Assembly (NCBI GenBank): GCA_036749235.1
Contig: DAINYW010000002.1
Coordinates: forward strand, 34,926 to 66,925
Origin: Nitrosopumilaceae archaeon
GTDB taxonomy: Archaea; Thermoproteota; Nitrososphaeria; Nitrososphaerales; Nitrosopumilaceae
Length of the DNA stretch: 32,000 bases
Reading direction: 5' to 3'
The notes under the pieces were generated by a model. The model had not been told where the DNA came from and did no database searches. It saw nothing but the letters and a program-made list of their open reading frames with translations. Positions 1-8,112 of the stretch are shown one piece after another; the stretch's first letter is position 1; each line of letters opens with the position of its first letter. Made by a program: the position numbers and the translations under genes.

Positions 1-66
1 CACAAACAAGGCCCATTTTGTGCTCTCTCGATGACGCACACTCAAATCAATTCCATGACATACGTA

Positions 67-537
67 CTAGCCCATTTTTAGAATCGCATCTCTTATCTTG
101 CTTGTTCTTCCGAAAATAGTCTTGGCAATTTCGTCAATTTCGTCAGCTGATGGTCTCTTGCCTGAATGGGCAAGAAAGTAAACGGTCTCAAATTTTCCAA
201 CTATAGCTCCGTGGACATAGCCGTATGCATATTCCGATTCATCTTTTATCTGCAAGGTATCTTTGAAGTTAGGCAAATGCATGTCCTTGAGAAGTCCAGG
301 AATTTTAGATATTTCTTCATCAATCACTTTTTCGAGTAATTCTTTATCTTTTTGTTTCAAACTCACGTCTGACAAAATGAAATTGCCCCATAAAAGTGTG
401 GTACTAACATTGACACATGCGAAATCGCCCTTAGGAAAACTGCAATTATTGCTGGAACTGGTACTATAAGGGCACATAAGCAGCAAGTCAAATTTACGAA
501 CTAGGTCGTACGATTGCGACAGAGTACACGATTTCAC
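67..537 (-). CDS. hypothetical protein
   Basis: 156-aa ORF. The C-terminal two thirds is non-repetitive with normal composition (...YAYGYVHGAIVGKFETVYFLAHSGKRPSADEIDEIAK...). No motif recognised. GTG start at 537 is uncertain; the first in-frame ATG is at 477. Confidence 0.4.
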   Translation of the reverse strand: MKSCTLSQSYDLVRKFDLLLMCPYSTSSSNNCSFPKGDFACVNVSTTLLWGNFILSDVSLKQKDKELLEKVIDEEISKIPGLLKDMHLPNFKDTLQIKDESEYAYGYVHGAIVGKFETVYFLAHSGKRPSADEIDEIAKTIFGRTSKIRDAILKMG

Positions 538-582
538 ACTTTAAGTTTGCGTAGAAATTATACTGATAAATTCTGCCAGATG

Positions 583-589
583 ATTATAT
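583..589 (+). promoter_or_regulatory. TATA-like box for the FN3 surface-protein gene
   Basis: 'attatat' centred about 27 nt upstream of the GTG at 614. This spacing implies a leaderless or near-leaderless transcript. Confidence 0.35.
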
Positions 590-613
590 GTAATAATCGT
601 TGAGATTTGAGCA

Positions 614-2134
614 GTGAAGACATTAGGAATATCGCTTATGTTGGTTCTTCTTTCAGGATCTCTTGTTTCTCCGATCGCTATTTTGTCGGCTTTTGCTACA
701 ATTCAAACGGCTCCACTGCATCCAACGACCCTCAATGCAACAGCTATATCTGGTACCCAAATTTTCCTAATGTGGACTGCTCCAGTTAATGCCACACAAG
801 ATGGGGTTAGTGGATACAAAATTGAAATGAGGTCTTCCTGTTCTGGTTCTTTTAACTTCTTAGTAAATACTACAACAACAAACTTCTTGAGCGCTGGGTT
901 GACTAATGGTACATGCTATCAATTTCGTGTGTTTGCCATAAATTCTGTCGGAATTAGTAGCCCATCAAATAATGCAACCGCATCAACTCTTTCTGTGCCT
1001 TCTGCACCTACAAACCTTGTTGCAAAAGCAGTTTCTTCATCTCAGATTAAGCTTGGCTGGAGTGCACCTAGCAATAATGGCGGAACTCCAATCACTGGGT
1101 ATAAGATCGAGAAGAAAAATGGATGTGCGGGCAGCTTCATAATATTGGCTCATACTGTCAATTCAAGCACACTGTATTCAGATACTGGTCTTATAGCTAA
1201 TACCTGTTATCTGTATAGAGTATCTGCAATTAATGTTATAGGTACTAGTTCCCCATCAGCTGACGCTATCGCAATTACCAACTCGTCACTTACTCATGTT
1301 CCAAGTGCTCCCACCGGATTGCATGTAACCACCGTATCAAATACTACACTGAAACTAACTTGGCATTCGCCATCTAGTAGCGGGGATTCTCCAATAACAG
1401 GTTATCTAATACAAAGAAACGGAACAACTATTGTAATCAATACGTTTACTAACCAAACCAATTTTACTGATACAAACCTATTGCCAAATCACAAGGAAAC
1501 ATACAGGACGGCTTCATGGAACAGTGTCGGTCTCGGGGCCTTTTCAAACTCCGCATCGGGAATAACTGCCAACTCAACTAGTGTCTCACCGCCAGGAACA
1601 CCTGGCAACCTGACTGGAACCGGAACTCTCCCTTCCAATTTGGGGCAGTTAATTTCTGATTTTGTTCATGATCGTAACGCGCTTTTAAAACAAGAAAGAG
1701 CGGCTATACTCCATGCGATACATGAATGTCATGCAGAAATAAAAAATGCTTCTCATGATGACAAGAAGCAAATACACGATGAATGCAAGGCAAAGATAAA
1801 GGCGCTCAGAGAAAAATACAAGGAATCTCGAAAACAACTACAAGAAGAATTCAAGCAACTAAGAGAGCAATCCAAGTTACAAATAGAGGACGAGAAGATA
1901 AAGCTTGAAAATGCTACTCACGCAGCCAGTGATCTTGGAAAAGAAATCAAACAATCAGAAAAAGAAAACGAACAATCTGTCGGCAGTATTGCCAATCATG
2001 AAAGCGTTATCAAACATTTTGACAACACCACTAACAATCTTGCAAAAGAAATAAAGCACGTCAATAAGGACCTCAAGAAAAATAAAGGCAAGTCAGAAGG
2101 GAATAAAAAGCGAAATCACAACCAAGAAGATTAG
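614..2134 (+). CDS. secreted/surface protein with three fibronectin type III domains and a C-terminal charged coiled coil
   Basis: N-terminal hydrophobic signal/anchor (LMLVLLSGSLVSPIAILSAFA). Three tandem ~95-aa modules carry the FN3 signature (L.W..P......I.GY.I.......Y.(F/Y)RV.AIN..G.S.PS). More than 12 N-x-S/T sequons. The last ~170 aa are K/E-rich heptad-like sequence. GTG start. Confidence 0.85.
   Translation: MKTLGISLMLVLLSGSLVSPIAILSAFATIQTAPLHPTTLNATAISGTQIFLMWTAPVNATQDGVSGYKIEMRSSCSGSFNFLVNTTTTNFLSAGLTNGTCYQFRVFAINSVGISSPSNNATASTLSVPSAPTNLVAKAVSSSQIKLGWSAPSNNGGTPITGYKIEKKNGCAGSFIILAHTVNSSTLYSDTGLIANTCYLYRVSAINVIGTSSPSADAIAITNSSLTHVPSAPTGLHVTTVSNTTLKLTWHSPSSSGDSPITGYLIQRNGTTIVINTFTNQTNFTDTNLLPNHKETYRTASWNSVGLGAFSNSASGITANSTSVSPPGTPGNLTGTGTLPSNLGQLISDFVHDRNALLKQERAAILHAIHECHAEIKNASHDDKKQIHDECKAKIKALREKYKESRKQLQEEFKQLREQSKLQIEDEKIKLENATHAASDLGKEIKQSEKENEQSVGSIANHESVIKHFDNTTNNLAKEIKHVNKDLKKNKGKSEGNKKRNHNQED
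710..1570 (+). repeat. three tandem FN3 modules (protein-level repeat)
   Basis: Modules at aa 33-124, 128-222 and 229-319. Modules 1 and 2 keep a Cys pair (SSCSGSF...GTCYQF and NGCAGSF...NTCYLY); module 3 lacks it. The DNA copies are diverged, so this is not a recent duplication. Confidence 0.8.
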
Positions 2135-2204
2135 TTTGCTCTAATTTTATTTTGGGTTCTGTTAACTTGTTGTCGAATTCTTCAAGCTGTTAATTTTCGT
2201 CTGG

Positions 2205-2444
2205 TCAAGATCCAGTCTTTAGGATTCGGTTCTCTCTTTTCCAATAGTAAACATCTTTCACATGTCCAGCTGGGCATGTGAAGTGTTTTAGAATATGGTC
2301 ACCATTGGGGTTAGGAATTTCTCTTGTAACGCAATAATCTTGATCTAAGGGCGAAACTAGACGTATTCTTCCTCCACATTTTTCACATTCTGTAACTAAA
2401 ATCTTGTAATTTGACACGGTGTAGCGTATGGACTGTAATGCCAT
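2205..2444 (-). CDS. small zinc-ribbon-like protein
   Basis: 79-aa ORF from ATG 2444. The track ORF runs to 2495, but that N-terminus overlaps the transposase remnant. CEKCGG...CPAGH gives C-x2-C...C-x3-H ligands. It starts 5 nt after the remnant's stop codon. Confidence 0.45.
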   Translation of the reverse strand: MALQSIRYTVSNYKILVTECEKCGGRIRLVSPLDQDYCVTREIPNPNGDHILKHFTCPAGHVKDVYYWKRENRILKTGS

Positions 2445-2449
2445 AAGGG

Positions 2450-2596
2450 TTAGGGTTGCTTGCTTTTCTTGGCATTTTGAATGATTGTCAACCACTTGTT
2501 ATCGTCCTCTACTTTGATACCGCAGATTTCGCTTGGCGTCTTACCATCTAAACCCATGTGTGGTCTAATGTAATTAGGTAGCAGGTATTTGGAGAA
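2450..2596 (-). pseudogene. DDE transposase, C-terminal remnant only
   Basis: The minus-strand frame reads FSKYLLPNYIRPHMGLDGKTPSEICGIKVEDDNKWLTIIQNAKKSKQP*. Y-I-RPH-x-G-L-x-GKTP-x-E is the conserved extreme C-terminus of rve/IS240-type DDE transposases. The frame is closed upstream by TGA (plus-strand 2597-2599). Confidence 0.6.
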
Positions 2597-3815
2597 TCAA
2601 TGGAGGGGATAGCGCGTTTGGATTTCCTATGCTTTGCCAGACAAAGATTTGTGCTGTGTATGTTCCAGCTGTTCTAGGCATCCAAGATTGGCCAAGGCTT
2701 AGAGCTTGGTTAGGTGATAAAGTCCCACCAATCCATGACAAAGAAAGGGTTATGCCATTGTGGTCCTGTATTTGTACAAGGTATGTAAAGGGCTGGTCTC
2801 TACTTTGTTTGTTAATTACGTCAGAGACAATTTGGACTTGCTGATTGACTGAAACTTTGTTAATAACATTACCGCTGGAATCTAATATTCTTGCGTTACT
2901 TGCCGGCGTCTTTTCTAAAGGAGGAAGACTAGTACCTACGGAGGTAGTAGCTACCATTCGTAGCTGATCAGATGGCGAATGAGGATATGGCAGGGTTCTG
3001 TCAACATATTCTGCTGTAACCGCATCGCCGTCAGAAACATGCAGTCTGTTCCCTGAAGATTGAAAATCAGCAGTAAAGTAGACCGTACCTTCAAAGACTC
3101 CAGTAGATTCACCTGTCTCTGTCATGGTAAGCTTGATGCCGCCAGAATCAGAATCTGACCAAACACTGGTTTCAAACTTGTCTATCGCTTTGGGATTAAG
3201 GTTCATGTCTGGGTCAAAAATTTGCAGTGTTCCCTTACCACCCGCGGGATAGTTTGATTGAAGCCATTTGACTTCGCCTGTATTCCAGCTAATTAAAGCT
3301 GAACCAGTAACGGTTCTATCGCGTGAATATTCAAAGGAGACTGATATTCCATCATTGCCAGTACTTGGAAGAAAACCATCTGTAGGACCACATATTGGAT
3401 TGCATGACGATTCCATACCTGATGGGTTGGCACCTTCGCCATCCACTCCAATTGAGCCTTTTTGGGCCGGGTCACCAGTAAGTATGAGATATCCTGTGAA
3501 TATTCCAGTGTTAGTGCCAGTCTCCACTAATTGATATGGTATACTGTGACCTGTTGTAGATACTGTGACTTTATCGTCTGTGGTAGTCCCTATTACGTCA
3601 ACCACGTTGGGGTCAGAATTGAAATCAGGCGCATCTATCCTGATATAAAACTGGTCTGTCCAGCTGAACACTTTCTTGCTCAAATGAACCGGTGATGAGC
3701 CTGTATCGTTTTTTGATACAGAGACTTGGTTTGATTCTGGATTGGAAAGGGCATATGAAGGCAGGAAAAGGCAATTAACAATTAATCCGATTGCAATTAA
3801 CTTGACAATTGACAT
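2574..3815 (-). CDS. secreted beta-rich surface protein
   Basis: Signal peptide MSIVKLIAIGLIVNCLFLPSYALS. Two modules end in (V/T)ETG-x-(N/S)TG-(I/V)F-x-G (aa 97-115 and 230-250). C-terminal Ig-like module ...GTYTAQIFVWQSIGNPNALSPP. No TM segment or PEF tail. The stop codon lies inside the IS remnant. Confidence 0.75.
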   Translation of the reverse strand: MSIVKLIAIGLIVNCLFLPSYALSNPESNQVSVSKNDTGSSPVHLSKKVFSWTDQFYIRIDAPDFNSDPNVVDVIGTTTDDKVTVSTTGHSIPYQLVETGTNTGIFTGYLILTGDPAQKGSIGVDGEGANPSGMESSCNPICGPTDGFLPSTGNDGISVSFEYSRDRTVTGSALISWNTGEVKWLQSNYPAGGKGTLQIFDPDMNLNPKAIDKFETSVWSDSDSGGIKLTMTETGESTGVFEGTVYFTADFQSSGNRLHVSDGDAVTAEYVDRTLPYPHSPSDQLRMVATTSVGTSLPPLEKTPASNARILDSSGNVINKVSVNQQVQIVSDVINKQSRDQPFTYLVQIQDHNGITLSLSWIGGTLSPNQALSLGQSWMPRTAGTYTAQIFVWQSIGNPNALSPPLILQIPAT

Positions 3816-3905
3816 CTAATAGTTCTTGAAGATAATATGCCCTGCATAAGCTTTTCAGATATAGTACTATTTTCTACAGGATGCTTGGCTTGCAATGACA
3901 ATGAA

Positions 3906-4097
3906 TCAGGAAATCCTCTCAAGAAGGGACTGTTTATCTTCATAGTACAGGCGCAAAACAGAATCTTCTTCAAGCGATTTTAGCAGATACAAAAATCCTC
4001 CCTTTCTTACCTTCTTCATGTCTTTAATGATGTAAATCTTGTCTTCTTCCTCTGATTCCGTCAAGCGTACTCTTTCGCCGCGATTGAAAGTAGGCAT
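3906..4097 (-). CDS. small hypothetical protein (63 aa)
   Basis: ATG-initiated ORF with K/E-rich normal composition. A TATA-like 'ttaaatta' on the minus strand (plus-strand ~4119-4127) is centred about 26 nt upstream of the ATG. Confidence 0.5.
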   Translation of the reverse strand: MPTFNRGERVRLTESEEEDKIYIIKDMKKVRKGGFLYLLKSLEEDSVLRLYYEDKQSLLERIS

Positions 4098-4247
4098 ATT
4101 GTTTGCAAAAAAATAATCATAATTTAATCTTACTCATGAATCATAACTGAGCAAAGGTTAGTGCGATCCAACTAATCTGAGATCCGGCGGTCTGAGGCGT
4201 TACAATAACACCTAGGGCATTAAACCGAAATTATCTATTAGATCATC

Positions 4248-4254
4248 TTTTAAT
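4248..4254 (+). promoter_or_regulatory. TATA-like box for the malic enzyme gene
   Basis: 'ttttaat' centred about 29 nt upstream of ATG 4280. Confidence 0.3.
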
Positions 4255-4279
4255 CTTCTGTTCATCAAGATACCGATCT

Positions 4280-5446
4280 ATGAATACTAATGCCAAAAAA
4301 GCTTTGGAACTTCATAAAAGACTAAGGGGAAAGATAATTGTTAAAAGCAAGATCCAGAAGTTGAGACCTGGAGAGATCCAGCTAATTTACACCCCAGGCG
4401 TGGCAGCAGTATGTAAAGTAATCTATCGCCATCCAGAACAAAAGTACAATCTGACTACAAAATGGAACAACGTAGCAATAGTAACAGATGGAACAAGGAT
4501 TCTTGGTTTGGGAAATATTGGTCCTTATGCTGCGCTGCCTGTCATGGAAGGAAAGGCAGTATTATATCAGGAATTTGGAGGCGTGAGCGCCTTTCCCATA
4601 TGCCTTAATACTACAAAAAAAGAAGAAATCATCGCTACAATCAAGGCTCTAGAGCCTGCGTTTGGCGCAATAAACCTGGAAGATATAGAATCACCGAAAG
4701 TTTTAGAGATCTCAGACGAGCTTGATAAATCGCTTCCCATTCCGGTCTTTCATGATGACAGGCACGGAACATCAGTTGTGGTGCTAGCGGCACTACTGAA
4801 TTCTCTTAGACTAATCAAAAAGGATCTTTCTTCACTTAAAATAGTGATAGCCGGAGCGGGATCAGCAGGATATGGCATATGCAAGTTACTTTGCGCTGCA
4901 CGTTGCCGTTATCTTATAGTGGTTGATTCTGACGGCGCCATATACAAAGGTAGGACAGAAAACATGAACAAATACAAAAGGGAAATTGCAGCTATCACAA
5001 ATCCCAAAAAAGAAAAAGGCTCTCTTTATGATGTTTTGAAAAATTCTGATGTATTTGTTGGCGTATCTGGAAAAAAGAACCTTGTTACACCAAGGATGAT
5101 AAAGGAAATGAATCAAGATCCAATAATCTTCTCTTTAACAAATCCCGATCCAGAGATAAAGCCAAACACGGCAAAAAAAGCGGGAGCTAAAATCGTAGCT
5201 ACTGGAAGCTATCTGTATCATAATAAAGTCAATAACGCACTTGTCTTTCCCCATCTGATGCGAGTAATTTTGGATAGTAGAATAAAGAAAATCACAACAG
5301 ATATGATGCTTGCTGCTGCAAATGCCATTTCAAAAACCGTCCCTGATAAGCAACTTGGCTATGAACACATACTCCCAGATATGTTTGACAAGAATATACA
5401 GAAAAATCTCTCTAAATATCTAGCGAGTTTTAAAACCTCATTATAA
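4280..5446 (+). CDS. NAD(P)-dependent malic enzyme (short archaeal/bacterial form)
   Basis: Diagnostic strings IYTPGVAAVC, VTDGTRILGLGNIGPYAALPVMEGKAVLYQEFGGVSAFPICL, FHDDRHGTSVVVLAALLN, and Rossmann motif VIAGAGSAGYG. Confidence 0.9.
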   Translation: MNTNAKKALELHKRLRGKIIVKSKIQKLRPGEIQLIYTPGVAAVCKVIYRHPEQKYNLTTKWNNVAIVTDGTRILGLGNIGPYAALPVMEGKAVLYQEFGGVSAFPICLNTTKKEEIIATIKALEPAFGAINLEDIESPKVLEISDELDKSLPIPVFHDDRHGTSVVVLAALLNSLRLIKKDLSSLKIVIAGAGSAGYGICKLLCAARCRYLIVVDSDGAIYKGRTENMNKYKREIAAITNPKKEKGSLYDVLKNSDVFVGVSGKKNLVTPRMIKEMNQDPIIFSLTNPDPEIKPNTAKKAGAKIVATGSYLYHNKVNNALVFPHLMRVILDSRIKKITTDMMLAAANAISKTVPDKQLGYEHILPDMFDKNIQKNLSKYLASFKTSL

Positions 5447-5588
5447 TGACTTCTCACTGAGAACACCAATGCCTGAGTTGTTTTATTTTTGACTTGAGAG
5501 TAAAGTAACGAAGTAAACTCAGCAAAACTTGGGTTAACAACAGTCAGTAACTGCTATAAGAAGCGTATATTATCATATTTTGCTCTAA

Positions 5589-6167
5589 ATGCAAACTTCA
5601 AGCACCAAAAAGACCCAAGAATACTATAAGCACGTTTCTCTATTTTGGACAGACTTGCTGTCTCTGATGGCAAGTAAGCCATACGCACTCTCATCTGCTG
5701 GCCCGATGAGAAAATTTGGAACAAATATGAAAAAGCTTAGCACCGAACTAATAGAAGCAAACGACGACCTACTTGAATTTAACACAAGACTCTCAGAATA
5801 TTATAAACAGCTTACCGATACGTGGACTGAGGCACAAAAACAATTCAACAAAAAAGTGCCAGAACTACCAAACGATGCAGAACATATAGAAGCATCAAAG
5901 CGTGTTTGGATAGACATATTTGAAAACTACTTTACAACTTTGTTTGACTCTACTAAATTTGCCGAAAATTTTGGCAAGCTAGTATCAAGTGAGCTTGAAC
6001 TTGCCAAACATTGGAATAGTATGATGTCAGTACTGCTAGATAATGCTAATCTTCCTACTAAAGATGACATAAACGAAGTCTACAAGGAGTTGCATTCCCT
6101 CAAAAAAAGATTAGCTAAGATGGAAAAAGACAGCAATCACAGGACGGTAAAGAGAAATGGTAAATGA
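5589..6167 (+). CDS. phaE: PHA synthase subunit PhaE (class III), by synteny
   Basis: 192-aa helical W/F/K-rich ORF immediately 5' of phaC, overlapping its start by 11 nt. Size and position match class III PhaE. The assignment rests on context rather than a motif. Confidence 0.65.
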   Translation: MQTSSTKKTQEYYKHVSLFWTDLLSLMASKPYALSSAGPMRKFGTNMKKLSTELIEANDDLLEFNTRLSEYYKQLTDTWTEAQKQFNKKVPELPNDAEHIEASKRVWIDIFENYFTTLFDSTKFAENFGKLVSSELELAKHWNSMMSVLLDNANLPTKDDINEVYKELHSLKKRLAKMEKDSNHRTVKRNGK

Positions 6168-7227
6168 GCTAAAAATAGACCCAAAGCTAGTAGAAGAATT
6201 TCTTAACATCAACAAGAACATCTTTGAAGCTCCAAAGCTTGTGCGTGCACCAGACGAGATCAATCTAGACATGACTCCCTATGATGTGGCATACTCGGAA
6301 GACAAAATTAGACTTCTTCACTTTCATCCAACAACTGAAAGACAGGTGAAGACTCCGCTGGTCATAGTATATGCGCTGATAAATCGCTACCATATACTGG
6401 ATATTCATCCACAGAAAAGCTGGGTGAGAAATTTGTTAAACCAAGGAGTAGATGTCTACCTTGTTGACTGGGGAACTCCAACTAACGCAGACAAGTTTCT
6501 CGGATTTGATGATTATGTTAATGGCTATATTGACAACTGTGTTGATTTTATAGCCAAAGAAACAGGAGAGGAAAAGGTCTCTATGCAGGGATATTGTACA
6601 GGGGGAACTTTGGCAACTGTATACGCATCTCTGCATCCCACAAGGCTGAAAACTCTCACACTTACGGCTCCTGTAATTGACGGTAAAAGAGACACTACGG
6701 TTGTTGGAAATCTTGCAAAACATATCGATGTTGACAAGCTTGTTGATACCATTGGAAACATGCCTCCAGAATTCATGTACTTTGTCTTTTCGGTACTAAA
6801 GCCATTTGAACAAGGCCTTGAAAAATATGTCAATTTCTTCAAAAATATTCATGACAAAGACTATGTTGAAAACTTTATTCGTGTGGAAAAATGGTTAAGT
6901 GATACTCCACCCATTCCAGGAGAGCTCTTCAGGCAATGGATAAAGGACGTATACCAGGAGAACTTGCTTATTCAGAGCAAGATGTACGTAGGTGGGAAAC
7001 AAGTTTCCCTTAAGAACATAAACATGCCGTTGTTCACGCAGGTTGCAGTGGCCGATCATTTGGTCTCACCAGAATCTAGCATGCCTATTCATTATGCAGT
7101 CTCAAGTGAAGACAAATCTCTGCAGATATACACGACTGGACACGTGGGCATGATTGCAAGTTCATTCTCTCAAAAAAGAGTACTGCCTGAATTTGGCCAG
7201 TGGTTAAAAGAAAGGTCAAATAAATAA
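6157..7227 (+). CDS. phaC: poly(3-hydroxyalkanoate) synthase PhaC, class III
   Basis: 356 aa, the class III size. Lipase-like box G-Y-C-T-G-G with Cys147 (tgt at 6595-6597). Alpha/beta-hydrolase core. Conserved His in ...YTTGHVGMI near the C-terminus. Confidence 0.9.
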   Translation: MVNELKIDPKLVEEFLNINKNIFEAPKLVRAPDEINLDMTPYDVAYSEDKIRLLHFHPTTERQVKTPLVIVYALINRYHILDIHPQKSWVRNLLNQGVDVYLVDWGTPTNADKFLGFDDYVNGYIDNCVDFIAKETGEEKVSMQGYCTGGTLATVYASLHPTRLKTLTLTAPVIDGKRDTTVVGNLAKHIDVDKLVDTIGNMPPEFMYFVFSVLKPFEQGLEKYVNFFKNIHDKDYVENFIRVEKWLSDTPPIPGELFRQWIKDVYQENLLIQSKMYVGGKQVSLKNINMPLFTQVAVADHLVSPESSMPIHYAVSSEDKSLQIYTTGHVGMIASSFSQKRVLPEFGQWLKERSNK

Positions 7228-7241
7228 GGAAATGGATTTAC

Positions 7242-7664
7242 CTACTGATTTCGTGTAGGTGTCCATGCTGAGATCCACGATTGTAGCATATTTTCATTTA
7301 GCTCCGAAAATGCCTTTGTGCTGTCATTGAATGACTTTAGGTTTTGTCGGGCCACGTCAATTGTTGCTAGTGCAATCTTGTTCTGAACTGAACGTGCTTT
7401 GATAATCTCTTCCGTTGCGTCATTTACCATCTTGATATATGCTGATGGCACGTTGGTGTTTAGTCCGCTCTTTGTTGCATATTCCTGTTGTAGCGAAACT
7501 GCGGAACCAAATGCATTCTTCCATGCCTCGGTATATTCTTGCTGAAGATTTGTTATTGACTGCAGGTACTGTGGAAGAGATTTCTCTACGTCATCAAAGA
7601 ACTTGTCGATGTTTTGTTTGTATACTGCAAAGATCTCTTTTGTTTCTGGTGTTGTCTTACTCAC
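7242..7664 (-). CDS. phasin-like PHA granule protein (candidate)
   Basis: 140-aa all-helical Q/E/K/W-rich ORF, 4-nt overlap (GTGA) with phaR. Its GTG start is preceded by a perfect SD, GGAGGTG, 5 nt upstream (plus-strand 7670-7676). No enzymatic motif. Confidence 0.5.
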   Translation of the reverse strand: MSKTTPETKEIFAVYKQNIDKFFDDVEKSLPQYLQSITNLQQEYTEAWKNAFGSAVSLQQEYATKSGLNTNVPSAYIKMVNDATEEIIKARSVQNKIALATIDVARQNLKSFNDSTKAFSELNENMLQSWISAWTPTRNQ

Positions 7665-8080
7665 TTTTTCACCTCCCTTTTCTGTTTCTTTTCAATTGGA
7701 ACGATTATTACTTGAACCAAGTCACCCTCTCCAATTTTCAGAGCGTCTCTTTCTGCTTCTGGAATTGATATTCTTCCGTTGCTGCCAACCGTTGTCTTAA
7801 ATGCGCCCCATGACAAAAACTGTGGAACTGACTGTGACATCTTGGACCAACTTTCTATTGCCTTTGCTTGAAAGTCTCCCACATTTTGCATAAATTCGGA
7901 CTGGACTTTTGCGTTTTTTTCAACTATCTCCCTTAGTGTATCAGCTGGGTTGAACGGTCCTTTTTGCTGATTCGTCAACTCACCAAAAGTCTTGAAAAAG
8001 TCCATCTGGGCCTTTCCGCCTTTTTGTATCCATTCTTTGAACATGGTAGATGGGTCATATTGGTTTTGGTTACCAGTCAT
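7661..8080 (-). CDS. phaR: AbrB/SpoVT-domain regulator, PhaR-like
   Basis: The C-terminal NGRISIPEAERDALKIGEGDLVQVIIVP is a swapped-hairpin AbrB/SpoVT DNA-binding motif. The N-terminal 90 aa is phasin-like helical sequence. The gene sits in the PHA locus. Confidence 0.65.
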   Translation of the reverse strand: MTGNQNQYDPSTMFKEWIQKGGKAQMDFFKTFGELTNQQKGPFNPADTLREIVEKNAKVQSEFMQNVGDFQAKAIESWSKMSQSVPQFLSWGAFKTTVGSNGRISIPEAERDALKIGEGDLVQVIIVPIEKKQKREVKK

Positions 8081-8103
8081 TGGTAATATATGGAAATCCG
8101 TTG

Positions 8104-8110
8104 AATATAA
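8104..8110 (-). promoter_or_regulatory. TATA-like box for phaR and the phasin-like gene
   Basis: Minus-strand 'ttatatt' centred 27 nt upstream of ATG 8080, implying a leaderless transcript. Confidence 0.4.
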
Positions 8111-8112
8111 GT

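Larger units (their letters stand above)
2155..2596 (-). mobile_element. decayed IS fragment (IS6-like, tentative)
   Basis: Transposase C-terminal remnant at 2450-2596, plus sequence down to 'GGTTCTGTT' at 2155-2163. That string resembles the outer terminal inverted repeat of IS6-family elements (recalled from IS257/IS431-type ends). No second repeat and no catalytic domain are present. Confidence 0.35.

Noticed and set aside
5566-5572. 'tatatta' upstream of phaE as its TATA box.
   Set aside because: It is centred only ~20 nt from ATG 5589, too close for the usual ~26-27 nt spacing. 'ctataag' at 5553-5559 is an alternative. The promoter position is left unresolved.
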